Below, in pieces: positions 1 through 10,952 of a DNA stretch of 64,000 nt (positions are counted from its first letter, which is position 1; every line of letters starts with the position of its first letter). Under the pieces are notes generated by a model. That model did no database searches, had not been told where the DNA came from, and saw nothing but the letters and a program-made list of their open reading frames with translations. The translations under genes were made by a program, and so were the position numbers. The stretch is from Tubulanus polymorphus (taxonomy: Eukaryota > Animalia > Nemertea), in the NCBI RefSeq assembly GCF_964204645.1, contig NC_134032.1, positions 3,372,175-3,436,174 of the forward strand. Direction: 5' to 3'.

Positions 1-1317
1 GGTTGGGCAATGATGGAACCACAACCTTATGGAGTATTTGAATTAACTGAAGTTTTACAGAATGAAAATAATGATAAATTTGATTGGAAGAAAAGAATCC
101 TAGATATTGCAGATGATTCAGATACTGGTTACTTCTTTGTTGTAGATTTAGAATATCCTGAACATATTAAATTTAAATCTAGAAATCTAGCTTACTGTCC
201 AGAACATAAAACTGTAACTCATGAAGAATTATCAAATTACCAAAAAAGAATTAAACCCGAAAATCATATTCATACAGAAAAGTTAATGGTAACTCAAGAA
301 GATAAATATAATTATGTAGTACATTATAGAATGTTAAAATTCTATTTGAATCAAGGAATGATTCTAAAAAAAGTACATAGATATATTTCATTTAGTCAAT
401 CTAAGCGGTTAGAAAAATATATAGATTTTAACACCAAACAGATAACTGAAGCTAAAACTGATTTCGAGAAAGATTTCTTCAAGTTAATGAATAATGCATT
501 CTATGGTAAGACTTGTGAAAATATTAGAAATAGAAATGATATTGAGTTAGTAAGTAATGGCAAAAGGATAAGGTATTTACAAACATATCCTAAATTTATA
601 GGTAACAGAATATTTGATGAAAATTTAGCCGCAGTTAAAATGAGAAGAACATCAATGAAATTTAATAAACCAATCTATGTTGGCACTTCAGTTTTAGAAT
701 TATCAAAATTACTAATGTATGAATTCTATTATAATGTATTACAACCACTTTTTGGAGAAAAACATATAGAAATATTATATTTTGATACAGATTCTTACAT
801 ATTAAAGATAAAAACTGATAACATAACAGATGATTTAAAAACATTAAAACATCATTTTGATTTTAGTAATTATCCTAAAGATCATGACTTGTTTAGCAAT
901 GATAATAAAAAAGTTCCAGGGAAGTTTAAGGATGAATTAGGTGGTGAAGAAATGATAGAGTTTATCTGTATTAGATCTAAAATGTATTCATATAAAACTA
1001 AAGAACATGAAGCTAAAAAGTTAAAAGGAATAACCAAAAATGTAGTAGAAAAGAATATTCATTTCAAAGATTACATCAATTATATATTCAATGAAGAAGT
1101 TAGAAAACATAAGATGAGATGTTTAAGATCTGAGTACCACGAAATGTTTATTGAAGAAATTGAAAAGGTTAGTTTGAATCCATTTGATGATAAAAGATAT
1201 ATTTTAGATGATGGAATTCATACAGTTGCTTATGGTTGCAATTTAGATGAATACTTAAAATTTAAAAGAGAAGAAACAAAAGAGAACGAGATAATGAAAA
1301 GAATTCTAACGTGTTAA
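1..1317 (+). CDS. polB: Protein-primed family B DNA polymerase (pPolB), C-terminal part, intein-free allele
   Basis: Frame is open from base 1 (GWAMMEPQPYG, the end of motif A). Motifs KLMNNAFYGKT (motif B), KPIYVG, LYFDTDS (motif C), GKFKDE, RSKMYSY, KLKG, FDDKRY. Confidence 0.96.
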   Translation, partial: GWAMMEPQPYGVFELTEVLQNENNDKFDWKKRILDIADDSDTGYFFVVDLEYPEHIKFKSRNLAYCPEHKTVTHEELSNYQKRIKPENHIHTEKLMVTQEDKYNYVVHYRMLKFYLNQGMILKKVHRYISFSQSKRLEKYIDFNTKQITEAKTDFEKDFFKLMNNAFYGKTCENIRNRNDIELVSNGKRIRYLQTYPKFIGNRIFDENLAAVKMRRTSMKFNKPIYVGTSVLELSKLLMYEFYYNVLQPLFGEKHIEILYFDTDSYILKIKTDNITDDLKTLKHHFDFSNYPKDHDLFSNDNKKVPGKFKDELGGEEMIEFICIRSKMYSYKTKEHEAKKLKGITKNVVEKNIHFKDYINYIFNEEVRKHKMRCLRSEYHEMFIEEIEKVSLNPFDDKRYILDDGIHTVAYGCNLDEYLKFKREETKENEIMKRILTC

Positions 1318-1346
1318 TCAAATTTTAATAAAAATATGTTATTAAA

Positions 1347-1700
1347 ATGGAGAGTAAACAAGCAAACAGTGAGAACAACAAATCATTTCTAGATAGAATA
1401 AAAGATACTACAAATGTAAAATCTGTAGATTATAAATTCAAAAAGTTAACAGAATTAATAATCCATAAGAAATATCTAATTACAAATATTGTTACAGTTA
1501 CTAATAACTATGGAGATAAATTAGTTATACACTTAGAATATGAAGGATTAAAAGGAAATACATATAAATTCAGAACATATTTACCGGATAGATTTCATAG
1601 ATTATCAAGTGAAGATTTAGAAGAATTATGTTCTGGAGATTTCTATTTCGTATACAAAGGTAAGAATGAAAAGGGGCACCATGAAATAGATTTCGAATGA
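1347..1700 (+). CDS. Conserved small Polinton protein (KKL..YG.K..FLP..Y.GKN..GHH), possibly an OB-fold/ssDNA-binding protein
   Basis: Intact ORF, clearly homologous to 22719..23045(-) and 14516..14842(+). The fold is an inference. Confidence 0.7.
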   Translation: MESKQANSENNKSFLDRIKDTTNVKSVDYKFKKLTELIIHKKYLITNIVTVTNNYGDKLVIHLEYEGLKGNTYKFRTYLPDRFHRLSSEDLEELCSGDFYFVYKGKNEKGHHEIDFE

Positions 1701-1717
1701 GAAAATATGTAAAATAA

Positions 1718-2473
1718 ATGGTAGAATTAAAAGAATACAGAATATTTGTTGATTCAAGAAAACTTACTAATTATAAATCTCATAATTTACTAATACAATT
1801 AGATAGAGAATTCAAGAATTGTGTAGATTTAAAATTAGTTAATATAAGTTTATGTAATTCTTTTCATAATATATCGAATAAAAGTCTTGATCATTTAGCT
1901 TTTAAAATTTATGATAGAAATTTGAATAAATGGTTTCATCTTTATCTAAAACCAGGATTATATAATTTAGAATCATTAGCGCAAGAAATTAATAAAAGAG
2001 CTCGTTTAAAAATGGGCTCAGCTGCTCGATTTGAAATTAAATTCAGCAAAAGTGATAGTTCGAATAAAATAAGAATAAAGTTAACTAATGAACAACATAG
2101 ATTTCTAGTAAGAAAACCTTTAGCTAAACTGTTTGGAATTCTTCCGGATAGACATTATTCAAATATTGATACTTATACAAATATAATACCTTTTACACAC
2201 TTTTATATTTATTGCAATTTAATCGAGCCTACAAAAACTTTCGAAGCAACTAAAGATACAATTTGTAATTCTAGTATATTAAATATTTTACCATTAAAAA
2301 ATGTTAAACAATTTGGAACGCAAATAAATTATAATTTAGCCGAATGTGATTTCAAACCTTGTATTCCACATTTTAATAATTTTGGATTAGAAATTAGAAA
2401 TCATAATGGATACTTAATTGATTTGAATAACTTTCCTGTAATTTATGAATTAGTTATAAGATGTAAAGAGTAA
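1718..2473 (+). CDS. Putative minor capsid protein (penton, single jelly-roll)
   Basis: N-terminal IFVDSR, PGLYN, YIYCNLI, and C-terminal LEIRNHNGYLIDLNN..YELVI, a pattern typical of Polinton/virophage-like pentons. Confidence 0.75.
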   Translation: MVELKEYRIFVDSRKLTNYKSHNLLIQLDREFKNCVDLKLVNISLCNSFHNISNKSLDHLAFKIYDRNLNKWFHLYLKPGLYNLESLAQEINKRARLKMGSAARFEIKFSKSDSSNKIRIKLTNEQHRFLVRKPLAKLFGILPDRHYSNIDTYTNIIPFTHFYIYCNLIEPTKTFEATKDTICNSSILNILPLKNVKQFGTQINYNLAECDFKPCIPHFNNFGLEIRNHNGYLIDLNNFPVIYELVIRCKE

Positions 2474-2489
2474 TTTTTCACCTATATAA

Positions 2490-2846
2490 ATGAATATAAC
2501 TGTTGGACCGAGTATCTGTTTTGGGTTTGATTTTAAACGTGAGAAAGAAATGAAATTTAACGTTAATGATGTAATTACACACATCAAAAATATTACATTT
2601 TCTAATGAAACAACATTTGAGTATGAAACAACAATAGATAAAGAAACTGAAAATGTAGAAAAGATTACTAATTTAATTCGAGAATCTTTAAGATTTTATG
2701 AATTAGATGAAGATTTTATCATCGATGATATTAAAAAAATGATAATTGAAATATATACAAATGAAACTAGTCATGAAATAAATGTTGAATTAATCATCAC
2801 TAAGATAACTAAATATTTTGATGATAGTAATTTTTTTGATAAATAA
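2490..2846 (+). CDS. Polinton hypothetical acidic protein
   Basis: Intact ORF with TAAATG start; decayed paralog at 9208..9558. Confidence 0.65.
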   Translation: MNITVGPSICFGFDFKREKEMKFNVNDVITHIKNITFSNETTFEYETTIDKETENVEKITNLIRESLRFYELDEDFIIDDIKKMIIEIYTNETSHEINVELIITKITKYFDDSNFFDK

Positions 2847-3068
2847 ATGAGTGATAATAAGTGGATAATAACTGGATTATATAATGGAGCATTACTATCA
2901 GTTGGAACTGTTGGTTATTCAATGGTATTAAAAGAAGTATTTAAAATGGGAAGTGTTGATGTTGATAGATTTGATATAAATGATATTTTAAAATTAACAT
3001 TAGCAGTTACTTTATCTAATTTAACTATTGATTATTTGGAAAAACAAAAATATATTCCTCCCATATAA
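2847..3068 (+). CDS. Polinton small hydrophobic/membrane protein
   Basis: Intact ORF; second intact copy at 9562..9789. Confidence 0.7.
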   Translation: MSDNKWIITGLYNGALLSVGTVGYSMVLKEVFKMGSVDVDRFDINDILKLTLAVTLSNLTIDYLEKQKYIPPI

Positions 3069-3092
3069 ATGCATAATTTTTTTGCTAAATAA

Positions 3093-3515
3093 ATGGCTTC
3101 TGCAATTATAACTATTATAGGATCAGCAATTGTTAACGCTTTAGCATTTACTGGTGGTGGATATTTATTTAAACATATTGATAAAAATAGTTCATTAGGA
3201 GAACAAAGAAGACATAACTTAGCATTAGAGAAATATAATAAAGCTGCGGAAGAATATAGAGAAAAGAGGCAAAACTATATGGATTATATTAACAAAGAAT
3301 TATATGATCAGAAGATTTCACATAGAGATTTTCAATCAGTTGATGATGCAATGAGTTTATATAACGCGGTAACCAATAAAGAAAAATTACATCTATACAA
3401 ACCTAAATTATCAGATTATTATACCCCAAGTAATGAACAGAAGAAATATGAAATAATATGGATTTTAGGTGGAACTGTTATTGTTATATTTGTAGCATAT
3501 AAATTTACTAATTAG
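3093..3515 (+). CDS. Polinton conserved protein with N-terminal hydrophobic helix, coiled coil and C-terminal TM
   Basis: MASAIITIIGSAIVNALAFTGG..EQRRHNLALEK; decayed copy at 9806..10229. Confidence 0.72.
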   Translation: MASAIITIIGSAIVNALAFTGGGYLFKHIDKNSSLGEQRRHNLALEKYNKAAEEYREKRQNYMDYINKELYDQKISHRDFQSVDDAMSLYNAVTNKEKLHLYKPKLSDYYTPSNEQKKYEIIWILGGTVIVIFVAYKFTN

Positions 3516-3535
3516 TAATTTTTTTTGCTAAATAA

Positions 3536-3970
3536 ATGGAAGATAAAGTTGATAGTATTGATATTATTCCTCATGATATAAATAAAACTAAATTAAAAAC
3601 ATATTTAGAAAAACAAATATTAGAATTTGAAAGTGACTTAAAAGTTAAAAAGAAAATATATCTAAAAAGTAAAATTATATATTATTTGATTATAAGTGGT
3701 TCGGTTACAATTAGTTCTGTAATAACATTTCTAGCCATATTTTCACCATTAACACCTTTGGCTATATCAATTGGTGTGTTAGGATTAAGTTCAAGTGTTT
3801 TAACTGGTATAAGTTCAAAATTGAATATAAAAAGTAATAAAGAAAAAATTAAAACTAATATAAAAGAAATTAATAAATTAAAGAATACACTAGATTATAT
3901 AATAAGTTTAAATGGTCATATAACAGTTGAAGAACAAGATAAATTATTAAAAGAATTAATAAATTATTAA
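3536..3970 (+). CDS. Polinton 2-TM protein with coiled coils
   Basis: Two hydrophobic segments; paralogs at 10248-10425(+) and 17310-17738(-). Confidence 0.7.
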   Translation: MEDKVDSIDIIPHDINKTKLKTYLEKQILEFESDLKVKKKIYLKSKIIYYLIISGSVTISSVITFLAIFSPLTPLAISIGVLGLSSSVLTGISSKLNIKSNKEKIKTNIKEINKLKNTLDYIISLNGHITVEEQDKLLKELINY

Positions 3971-3986
3971 TCTTTTAATTATATAA

Positions 3987-5375
3987 ATGGTAGATAGTTT
4001 TCCAAAAGCTTTCAAATATAATAAATCAATTAAATATAATATTCCAGCAATAGATTTTAATAAAGATATTACATATAGAAATAAAGTTTTAGATTCATTA
4101 ACTAATTTAGAAATTTATGTTACTGAAACTAATAATTTTAATGCAAAGATGGAAAATATATTTCATGTATATTTAATTAATTTTTAAAAATTGAAAGATG
4201 AAAAACAATGGTTATTAAAATCTAATATGAAGTATTGGCAGAATCAATTAAATTTTGCTGTTTATTGTTCAACAACAGGTTGTGGAATTAGTTGGAATGA
4301 TCATTTGAATAATTCTTAATATAAATTAATTCAAAGTTTATTTAGATTTCATACATACTTTCAAATAAGAATAATATTAAATGAATTAGAGTGCGCTTTA
4401 CCAGGATCTAGGTATTTTAAAGAATTAGATAATGATATTAATTTATCGAAGTTTTATAAAATTTGCAATGAATTTAATATAGATATAAATAATTCTGATT
4501 TTAGAACAAAAATTGGAACAATAAGATCACTTCCTTGCCCTGAAAATGTTGCAGCATATTGTGCACTTCCCATACCATCTAATAGTTTTTATAATATCTA
4601 TAATAATAAATTAGGTTATGGTAAAATAGAAACAAAGGATTTAGAAACATTAAATTTCAATAAATTACCGAAATTTTATGATAATTTAAAACAAGAAAAC
4701 AATAATGGTTGGGTTTATTTTATTTTAGAAAATAGTGAAGGTTTTACTAAATCAGGTATAGAAAGAATAAATCAATCTATTAGAACTTATTTGATATGTA
4801 TTTTAGGTGCACAAGTTGAAACAAGATCACCGATAATTGGAAATTTGAATACATCATTCGATGCGCAGAAACAGTTTAAAGTTTTATTTGAAGATTCAAT
4901 TCATAATGATAAAAATAGATCGATTCCAGAAAACATTATAAGATATCAAAATTATTTAGATAAATCTCATGTAAGACTTAATTATTGTATAGGCCCTAAT
5001 CTATTAATTATTTCTAATGATTTAGTATTAAAGATGGGAAATATAATTGGTTATAATAATCTAATTAAAACTGCAACAATAAATAATTCATTTGGATTGA
5101 ATGATATAAATAAAAAGATTATTACTGCTCCAAAATTAATGGAAGGTGAAAAAAATAGAAAACATATTCAATCAACAGAAACTAAAACTAAGAATATTAG
5201 ATTGCATAATGATTCTAAAATAAAAGATTATAATACATCAGAAAATAATAGAACTGATATTATTCAACATGATATAATTAAACTAAATGATGATAATAAA
5301 TCCCATGAAAATACTAAATTAGCTATAACTTGTATAGGAATTGTAATCGGAGGAATATTAAATTTTAAATTTTAA
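3987..5375 (+). pseudogene. Polinton conserved protein (WQNQLNFAVYC.TTGCG motif) with C-terminal TM, disrupted by stops
   Basis: ORFs 3987..4187 and 4791..5375 lie in one frame separated by premature stops; the minus copy 16945-17289 reads through the first stop. Confidence 0.75.
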
Positions 5376-5391
5376 TTTTCTTATTATGTAA

Positions 5392-6031
5392 ATGGATGTA
5401 GAAGGTGGAGAAGATATTGGAATTGATAATTTAGATGAACCTGGTATAAGTGATGAACAACCACCTGATTTTAGTGAAACAAGTTTTAATGATGATAATA
5501 AGCCAGAATATAATACTAATTTAGGTGATGATTATGATGATGATTATGATGATGATCCCGAAATACGTGAAAAATAAATAAATATTTAAAAGCTCCTGAA
5601 ATTGGTAGAATTTCAACTAGAAGAGAAAGAGAAGAATTTATGAAACTATTAGTAAAACAACAAGAAAAATATCCTGATAAACCTATGGAATTATATAAAA
5701 TGAAATCTAGAGTAACAGATACAATTGTTAACGAATTATTACCAAAAGTTGTAATAGATGAAATTAATACTGAAGATGTTGTAGAACAAATTTTTAAAGA
5801 TGACCCATATTTCACGAATAATTTAGAATTTAAAAATGATTCATGGTATTATAATGTTGAATTAAATAACAAAACTGCATCAATACAATTATCTAAAATG
5901 GGTCAAGAAAATATTTTTGAACCTGAAATGCGAGCAATATCTACAATTGAAGGTTCAAAAGGTGGTAGAGAATTTCTCAGAATTATATGGAATGCACTCG
6001 ATAGAATAAATAAAGAAGAACCAATTCCTAA
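5392..6031 (+). pseudogene. Polinton acidic protein, frameshifted and truncated by fusion to copy 2
   Basis: ORFs 5392..5577 and 5640..; sequence switches abruptly to pPolB at ~6032. Confidence 0.6.
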
Positions 6032-7500
6032 TATGTTTTACAACCACTTTTCGGGGAAAAACGTATTGAAATATTATATTTTGATTCTGTAACAGCTGAC
6101 ACCCCAATATTATTAAAATATAATGATAAAATATTGATAAGAAGACTTTCAGAAATAATTCCAAAACAAAATAAACTTAATATTTCGTATGGTGAAAAAG
6201 AATTGATACAGATAAATGGATTAATGGGTGTTTGGACAAGAAATGGATGGAAAAAGTTGAAGAATATAATTAGACATTAAACAAATAAATTGACAAGAAA
6301 ATTGATAGAGATATAACTAAATTAGGACATGTAGATGTTACTGAAGATCATAGTTTAATTAAACGAAATGGTGATGAAATAAAACCAACTGATACAAAAA
6401 TTGGAGATGAATTATTACATAAAACATTTTTTTCCAAGAATGAATCATATGTCATTTGATGAAATAATTAATAATATTTATAGCATAGAACCAGAAAAAT
6501 TAGAAGAAAAGGAATATTTTATCAAAGGATTTTTTATGGGAGATGGTTCAACAGGTGTGTATAATTATGTTGGTGGCAATAAATATTGTTGGTATTTATG
6601 CAATCAAGATTTGAAATTATTAGAAAGAATACAGAAATTCTGTGAAAAAGTTTATTCGTCACATAAAACATTTAGAATCGTGGACCATATGAAATCATCA
6701 GCAGTTTATAGAATAATCGTGAAAAACCACAAACATATTGCTACAAAATATAATGATGAATTCTATATTCATGCAATAGTGAAAAGTAATACTTCAACAG
6801 AAGAAAATAAGTGCCAGATTATGTATTAAATGCAAAATATAATCTAAGAAAATGGTTCTTCATTGGATTCTATGCTGCAGATGGGCAGAAGAAATATACG
6901 AGATATCCAGTAATAACATTTGCGCAAAAAGGAAAAGTTGCTATATCAGGATTGTATATATAATGTAATTCATTAGGATTTTATATGAATATTGAATTAA
7001 TTAAATACAAACCAAATTGTTTTATTTTAAGGGTTTTTGGGTTCCCATTCATCCAAAAAATACGGACGCCTACATACTAAAAATCAAGACAAATGACATA
7101 ACAAAAACTTAAAAACATTAAGACATCATTTTGATTTTAGCAATTATCCAAAAGATCATGAATTATTTAGCAATGATAATAAGAAATTTCCTGGTACATT
7201 TAAAGATGAATTAGGGGGTGATGAAATGATTGAATTTGTTGGGATAAGAAGTAAAATGTATAGTTATAGAACAAAAGATCATGAAGTAAAAGGAATAACA
7301 AAGCATGTGGTTGATAAACATAGAGAATTTCAAGATTATATAAAGTGTTTATATAATTCAATTGTAATGAAACATAAAATGAATTGTTTAAGATCAGAAG
7401 ATCACGAGATGTACATTAATGAAGGTGAGAAAACTAGCTTAATTCGACGATAAAAGATATATTTTGGATGATGGAATAAAAACATTACCTTATGGTCATC
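6032..7500 (+). pseudogene. polB: pPolB pseudogene containing an intein
   Basis: VLQPLFGEKRIEILYFD (6035-6085), then an insertion, then TDAYILKIKT...HHFDFSNYPKDH...RSKMYSY...KRYILDDG, matching ORF 10..1317. Confidence 0.93.
6086..7061 (+). mobile_element. Intein with LAGLIDADG homing endonuclease in PolB motif C (decayed)
   Basis: Block A SVTADTPILLK right after YFD; VWTRNGWKKLKNIIRH; block B VDVTEDHSL (TEDH 6340-6351); endonuclease motifs KGFFMGDGS (~6524-6550) and VPDYVLN..IGFYAADG (~6862-6885); ends KN then +1 Thr (ACG 7062). Contains stops and frameshifts; block F is missing. Confidence 0.92.
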
Positions 7501-8365
7501 AAAACATAAAATCAATATCATCATACTCGAAATCACAACTGGTTTCTCCATATTCATCAAATTGTTTTCCAATAATTTCTTTAGATTCTACTATTTCAGT
7601 TTTCTCATTTAAATAAAAATCTATGTTACTCCACATTTCCTCTCGCTCTTTTTGTTTCTTTTTGTTTGTTAATTCATCAAATGGAATTATAATAGTTTGA
7701 AAAATTGACAATTTTTTCTATCAAATCTTTGTAATGGATATACATTAAGTTCTTTGTATTTTCTTACGTTTTCTTCATGTTTTATTGTTTTATTATTTGG
7801 ATTTGAATTACTTTTTGTAATAATCAATTTACAATATTTACAATAATATGGTTTTCTTACTAATTCATCATATGGTTTTTCTAACTTTCAAGTGTTTCTT
7901 TATTATCCGGTAACGTTTTCTCATATTTTTTTTCTAATATATTATTTTTTTCTTTCATTGATATCTGTTTCAAATTTATTAGAAATTTTATCTATATGTG
8001 CTTTACGAAATTGATGATTCTCCCAATCTTCTATATTTTCAGGGCTATATTTTATTTGACAATGCCCACAGAAATGATCTATTATATTATTCTTATCATA
8101 GAATAATAAAGGTCTTTTCCAAATAATTTCAGGTTCAACTTCAACAGAATTGATATTACTTTCGTAACTATCAACATTAACTGCTGGTCATTAATTTTAC
8201 ACTTCTCTGAATGTTTTTTGACATAATTTCTTGAGAATAATTTATTACAATTTGGGCAGTTTATTGTAGGGGGTTTATAATTTTTATCACGTTTTTTCAT
8301 ATGTCGAGCCATATTACTTTTTCTTTGAAGTTCACCACATATTTCACATTCTATCTTCTCATCTA
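7499..8365 (-). pseudogene. Zinc-finger-containing Polinton accessory gene(s), decayed
   Basis: CEICGELQRKSNMARH, CPNCNKLFSRNYVKKHSEKC, FCGHCQ in broken frames. Confidence 0.55.
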
Positions 8366-8434
8366 TTTATTTAGGAAAAATTTTGTTGAAATTAATTTTT
8401 AGTGGTTCGAAGTAATTTTATTATGTTATAAATA

Positions 8435-9191
8435 ATGGTTGAATTAAAAGAATATAGAATATTTGTTGATTCCAGAAAACTCACAAATTGAAAATCATAT
8501 AATTTACTAGTAAAATTAGATAGAGAATTTAAGAATTGTGTTGATTTAAAATTAGTAAATGTAAGTTTATATAATTCTTTTTACAATATATCGGATAAAA
8601 GTTTTGATCATAGAGCCATTTAGTTTTTATCAAAAATAAAATAAATGGGTTCATCTTATTCTAACGCCAGGATTGTATAATTTAGAAACATTAGCGCAAG
8701 CAATTAATAGAAAAGCTCGGTTGAATTTAGGTAGTGATGCTGGATTTAATATTAAATTTTTTTAAGTGAAAGTTCTGATAAAATTAAAATAAAGTTTGAT
8801 AATGAAAATAAATATGCTTTCGGGGTAAAAATACCTATAGCTAAACTGGGAATTACGCCAGATATTATTATTTTAGGAAACTACGTAAAAGGTAGTTCAA
8901 ATATAATACCTTTCACACATTTTTATATTTATTGCAATTTAATTGATCCTTCAAAAACATTCGAAGCAACTAAAGATACAATTTGTAATTCTAGTATATT
9001 AAATATTTTACCGCTTAAAATGTTAAACAATTTGGAACACAAATAAATTATAATTTAGCTGAATGTGATTTCAAACCTTGTATTCCGCAATTTAATAATT
9101 TTAGATTAGAAGTAAGAAATCATAATGGATACTTAATTGATTTAAATAATTTTTCTGTAATTTATTAATTAGTTTTAGATGTAGAGAGTAA
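8435..9191 (+). pseudogene. Minor capsid (penton) pseudogene, copy 2
   Basis: Nucleotide homology to 1718..2473 with frameshifts and stops. Confidence 0.85.
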
Positions 9192-9207
9192 TTTTTTCAC
9201 TACATAA

Positions 9208-10425
9208 ATGAATATAACAGTAGGACCGAGTATATGTTTTGGTTTTGATTTTAAACAGGAGAAAGAAATGAAATTTAACATTAACGATGTAATAACACGT
9301 ATTAAAAATATCGCATTTTTAATGAAACAACATTTGATTATGAAACAACAATAGATAAAGAAATTTATAATGTAGAAAAAGGTTCTGGTTTAATAAGAGA
9401 ATCTTTAAGATTTTATGAATTAGATGTCGATTTTCTTATCGATGATATTAAGAAAATAATAACTGAAATATATAAAAATGAAACTAATAATATTATCGAT
9501 GTTGAAATAATTATAACTAAGATAACTAAATATTTTGAAGATAGTAATTTTTGATTAATAAATGAGTGATAATAAGTGGATAATAACTGGTTTATATAAT
9601 GGAGCATTATTATCAGTTGGAACTGTTGGTTATACAATGATATTAAAAAAAGTATTTAAAATGGGAAGTGTTAATGTTGATAGATTTGATATCAATGATA
9701 TTTTAAAATTAACATTAGCAGTTACTTTATCTAATTTAACTATTGATTATTTGGAAAAACAAAAATATATTTCTCCTATTGACGGGTAATTTTTTTGCTA
9801 AATAAATGGCATCTGCAATTATAACTATTATAGGATCGGAAATTGTTAACGCTTAAGCATTTACAGGTGGTGGTTATTTATTTAAGCATATTGATAAAAA
9901 TAGTTCATTAGCAGAACAATGAAGACATAACTTAGCATTAGAGAAATATAATAAAGCTTCAGAAGAATATTGAGAAAAGAGACAAAATTATATGGATTAT
10001 ATTAATAAAGAATTATATTATCACAAAATTTCACTTAGAGATTTTCAATCAGTCGATGATGCAATGAGTTCATATAACGCAGTAACAAATAAAGAAAAAA
10101 CTACATCTATATAAACCTAAATGATCAGATTATTATACCCCAAGTAAAGAACAACAACAATATGAAATAATTTGGATTTTAGATGGAGCAGTTATAGTTA
10201 TGTTTGTAGCATATAAATTGACTAATTAGTAATTTTTTGTTAAATAAATGGATGATAAAGTTGATAATATTGATATTATTCCTCATGATAAAAATAAATA
10301 TAACTAAATTAAAAATATATTTGGAAAAACAAATATTAGAATTTGAAAATGACTTAAAAGTTAAAAAGAAAAAATATTTAAAAAGTAAAATTATATATTA
10401 TTTTATTATAAGTGGTCCAGTTACC
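9208..10425 (+). pseudogene. Copy-2 versions of the genes at 2490, 2847 (9562..9789 still open), 3093 and 3536 (truncated)
   Basis: Direct nucleotide homology to 2490-3715. Confidence 0.85.
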
Positions 10426-10632
10426 TTTTTTAAATTTTTAAATTTTTAATTTTATATCCTTAAATACTAATTTTTAAATAAATGGCACACATTGATATTT
10501 ATGACAGCAACACTATTGTGAATTAGCTGACTTAAAATGGTTGAAATTCTACAGAAGAGAATTCAATTTAGTATACATTGATATACCAAACAGCCTAAAC
10601 TTACGACACAGTAGTGCATATAGCTCTTTTAT

Positions 10633-10930
10633 CCTGGACCTACTGGTAGCCTTAACCTACTGGTAGCCTGAACGTACTGGTAGCCTGAACCTACTGGTAG
10701 CCTGAACCTGCTGGTAGCCTGAACCTGCTGGTAGCTTGAACCTACTGGTATCCTGAACCTACTGGTAGTCTGAACCTGGTGGCCTGAACCTACTGGTATC
10801 CTGAACGTACTGGTAGCCTGAACGTACTGGTATCCTGAACCTACTGGTAGCCTGAAGCTGGTTGCCTGAACCTACTGGTAGCCTGAACCAACTGGTAGCC
10901 TGAAGCTGGTGACCTGAACTTACTGGTAAC
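10633..10930 (+). repeat. Minisatellite, ~17-bp unit CCTGAACCTACTGGTAG
   Basis: Directly visible tandem array with some shortened units. Confidence 0.9.
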
Positions 10931-10952
10931 AACCTACAGGTAGGCTCGCGAA

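Larger units (their letters stand above)
1..6031 (+). mobile_element. Polinton/Maverick (adintovirus-like) copy 1, internal segment; begins before the window and is truncated at ~6031
   Basis: Compact, intronless, AT-rich array: pPolB, small ORF, minor-capsid-like ORF, small membrane ORFs. Most genes start with TAAATG. Confidence 0.92.
6032..10425 (+). mobile_element. Polinton copy 2, decayed and truncated at both ends, in tandem with copy 1
   Basis: Colinear homologs of polB, penton and the genes at 2490, 2847, 3093 and 3536, with stops and frameshifts. Confidence 0.92.

Noticed and set aside
6401-6829. Free-standing homing endonuclease gene or group I intron
   Set aside because: It is a frameshifted piece of the intein, with Hint motifs upstream and protein-level junctions; no group I core was seen.
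10633-10930. 17-bp repeat as CRISPR or iterons
   Set aside because: Simple head-to-tail minisatellite outside the Polinton homology.
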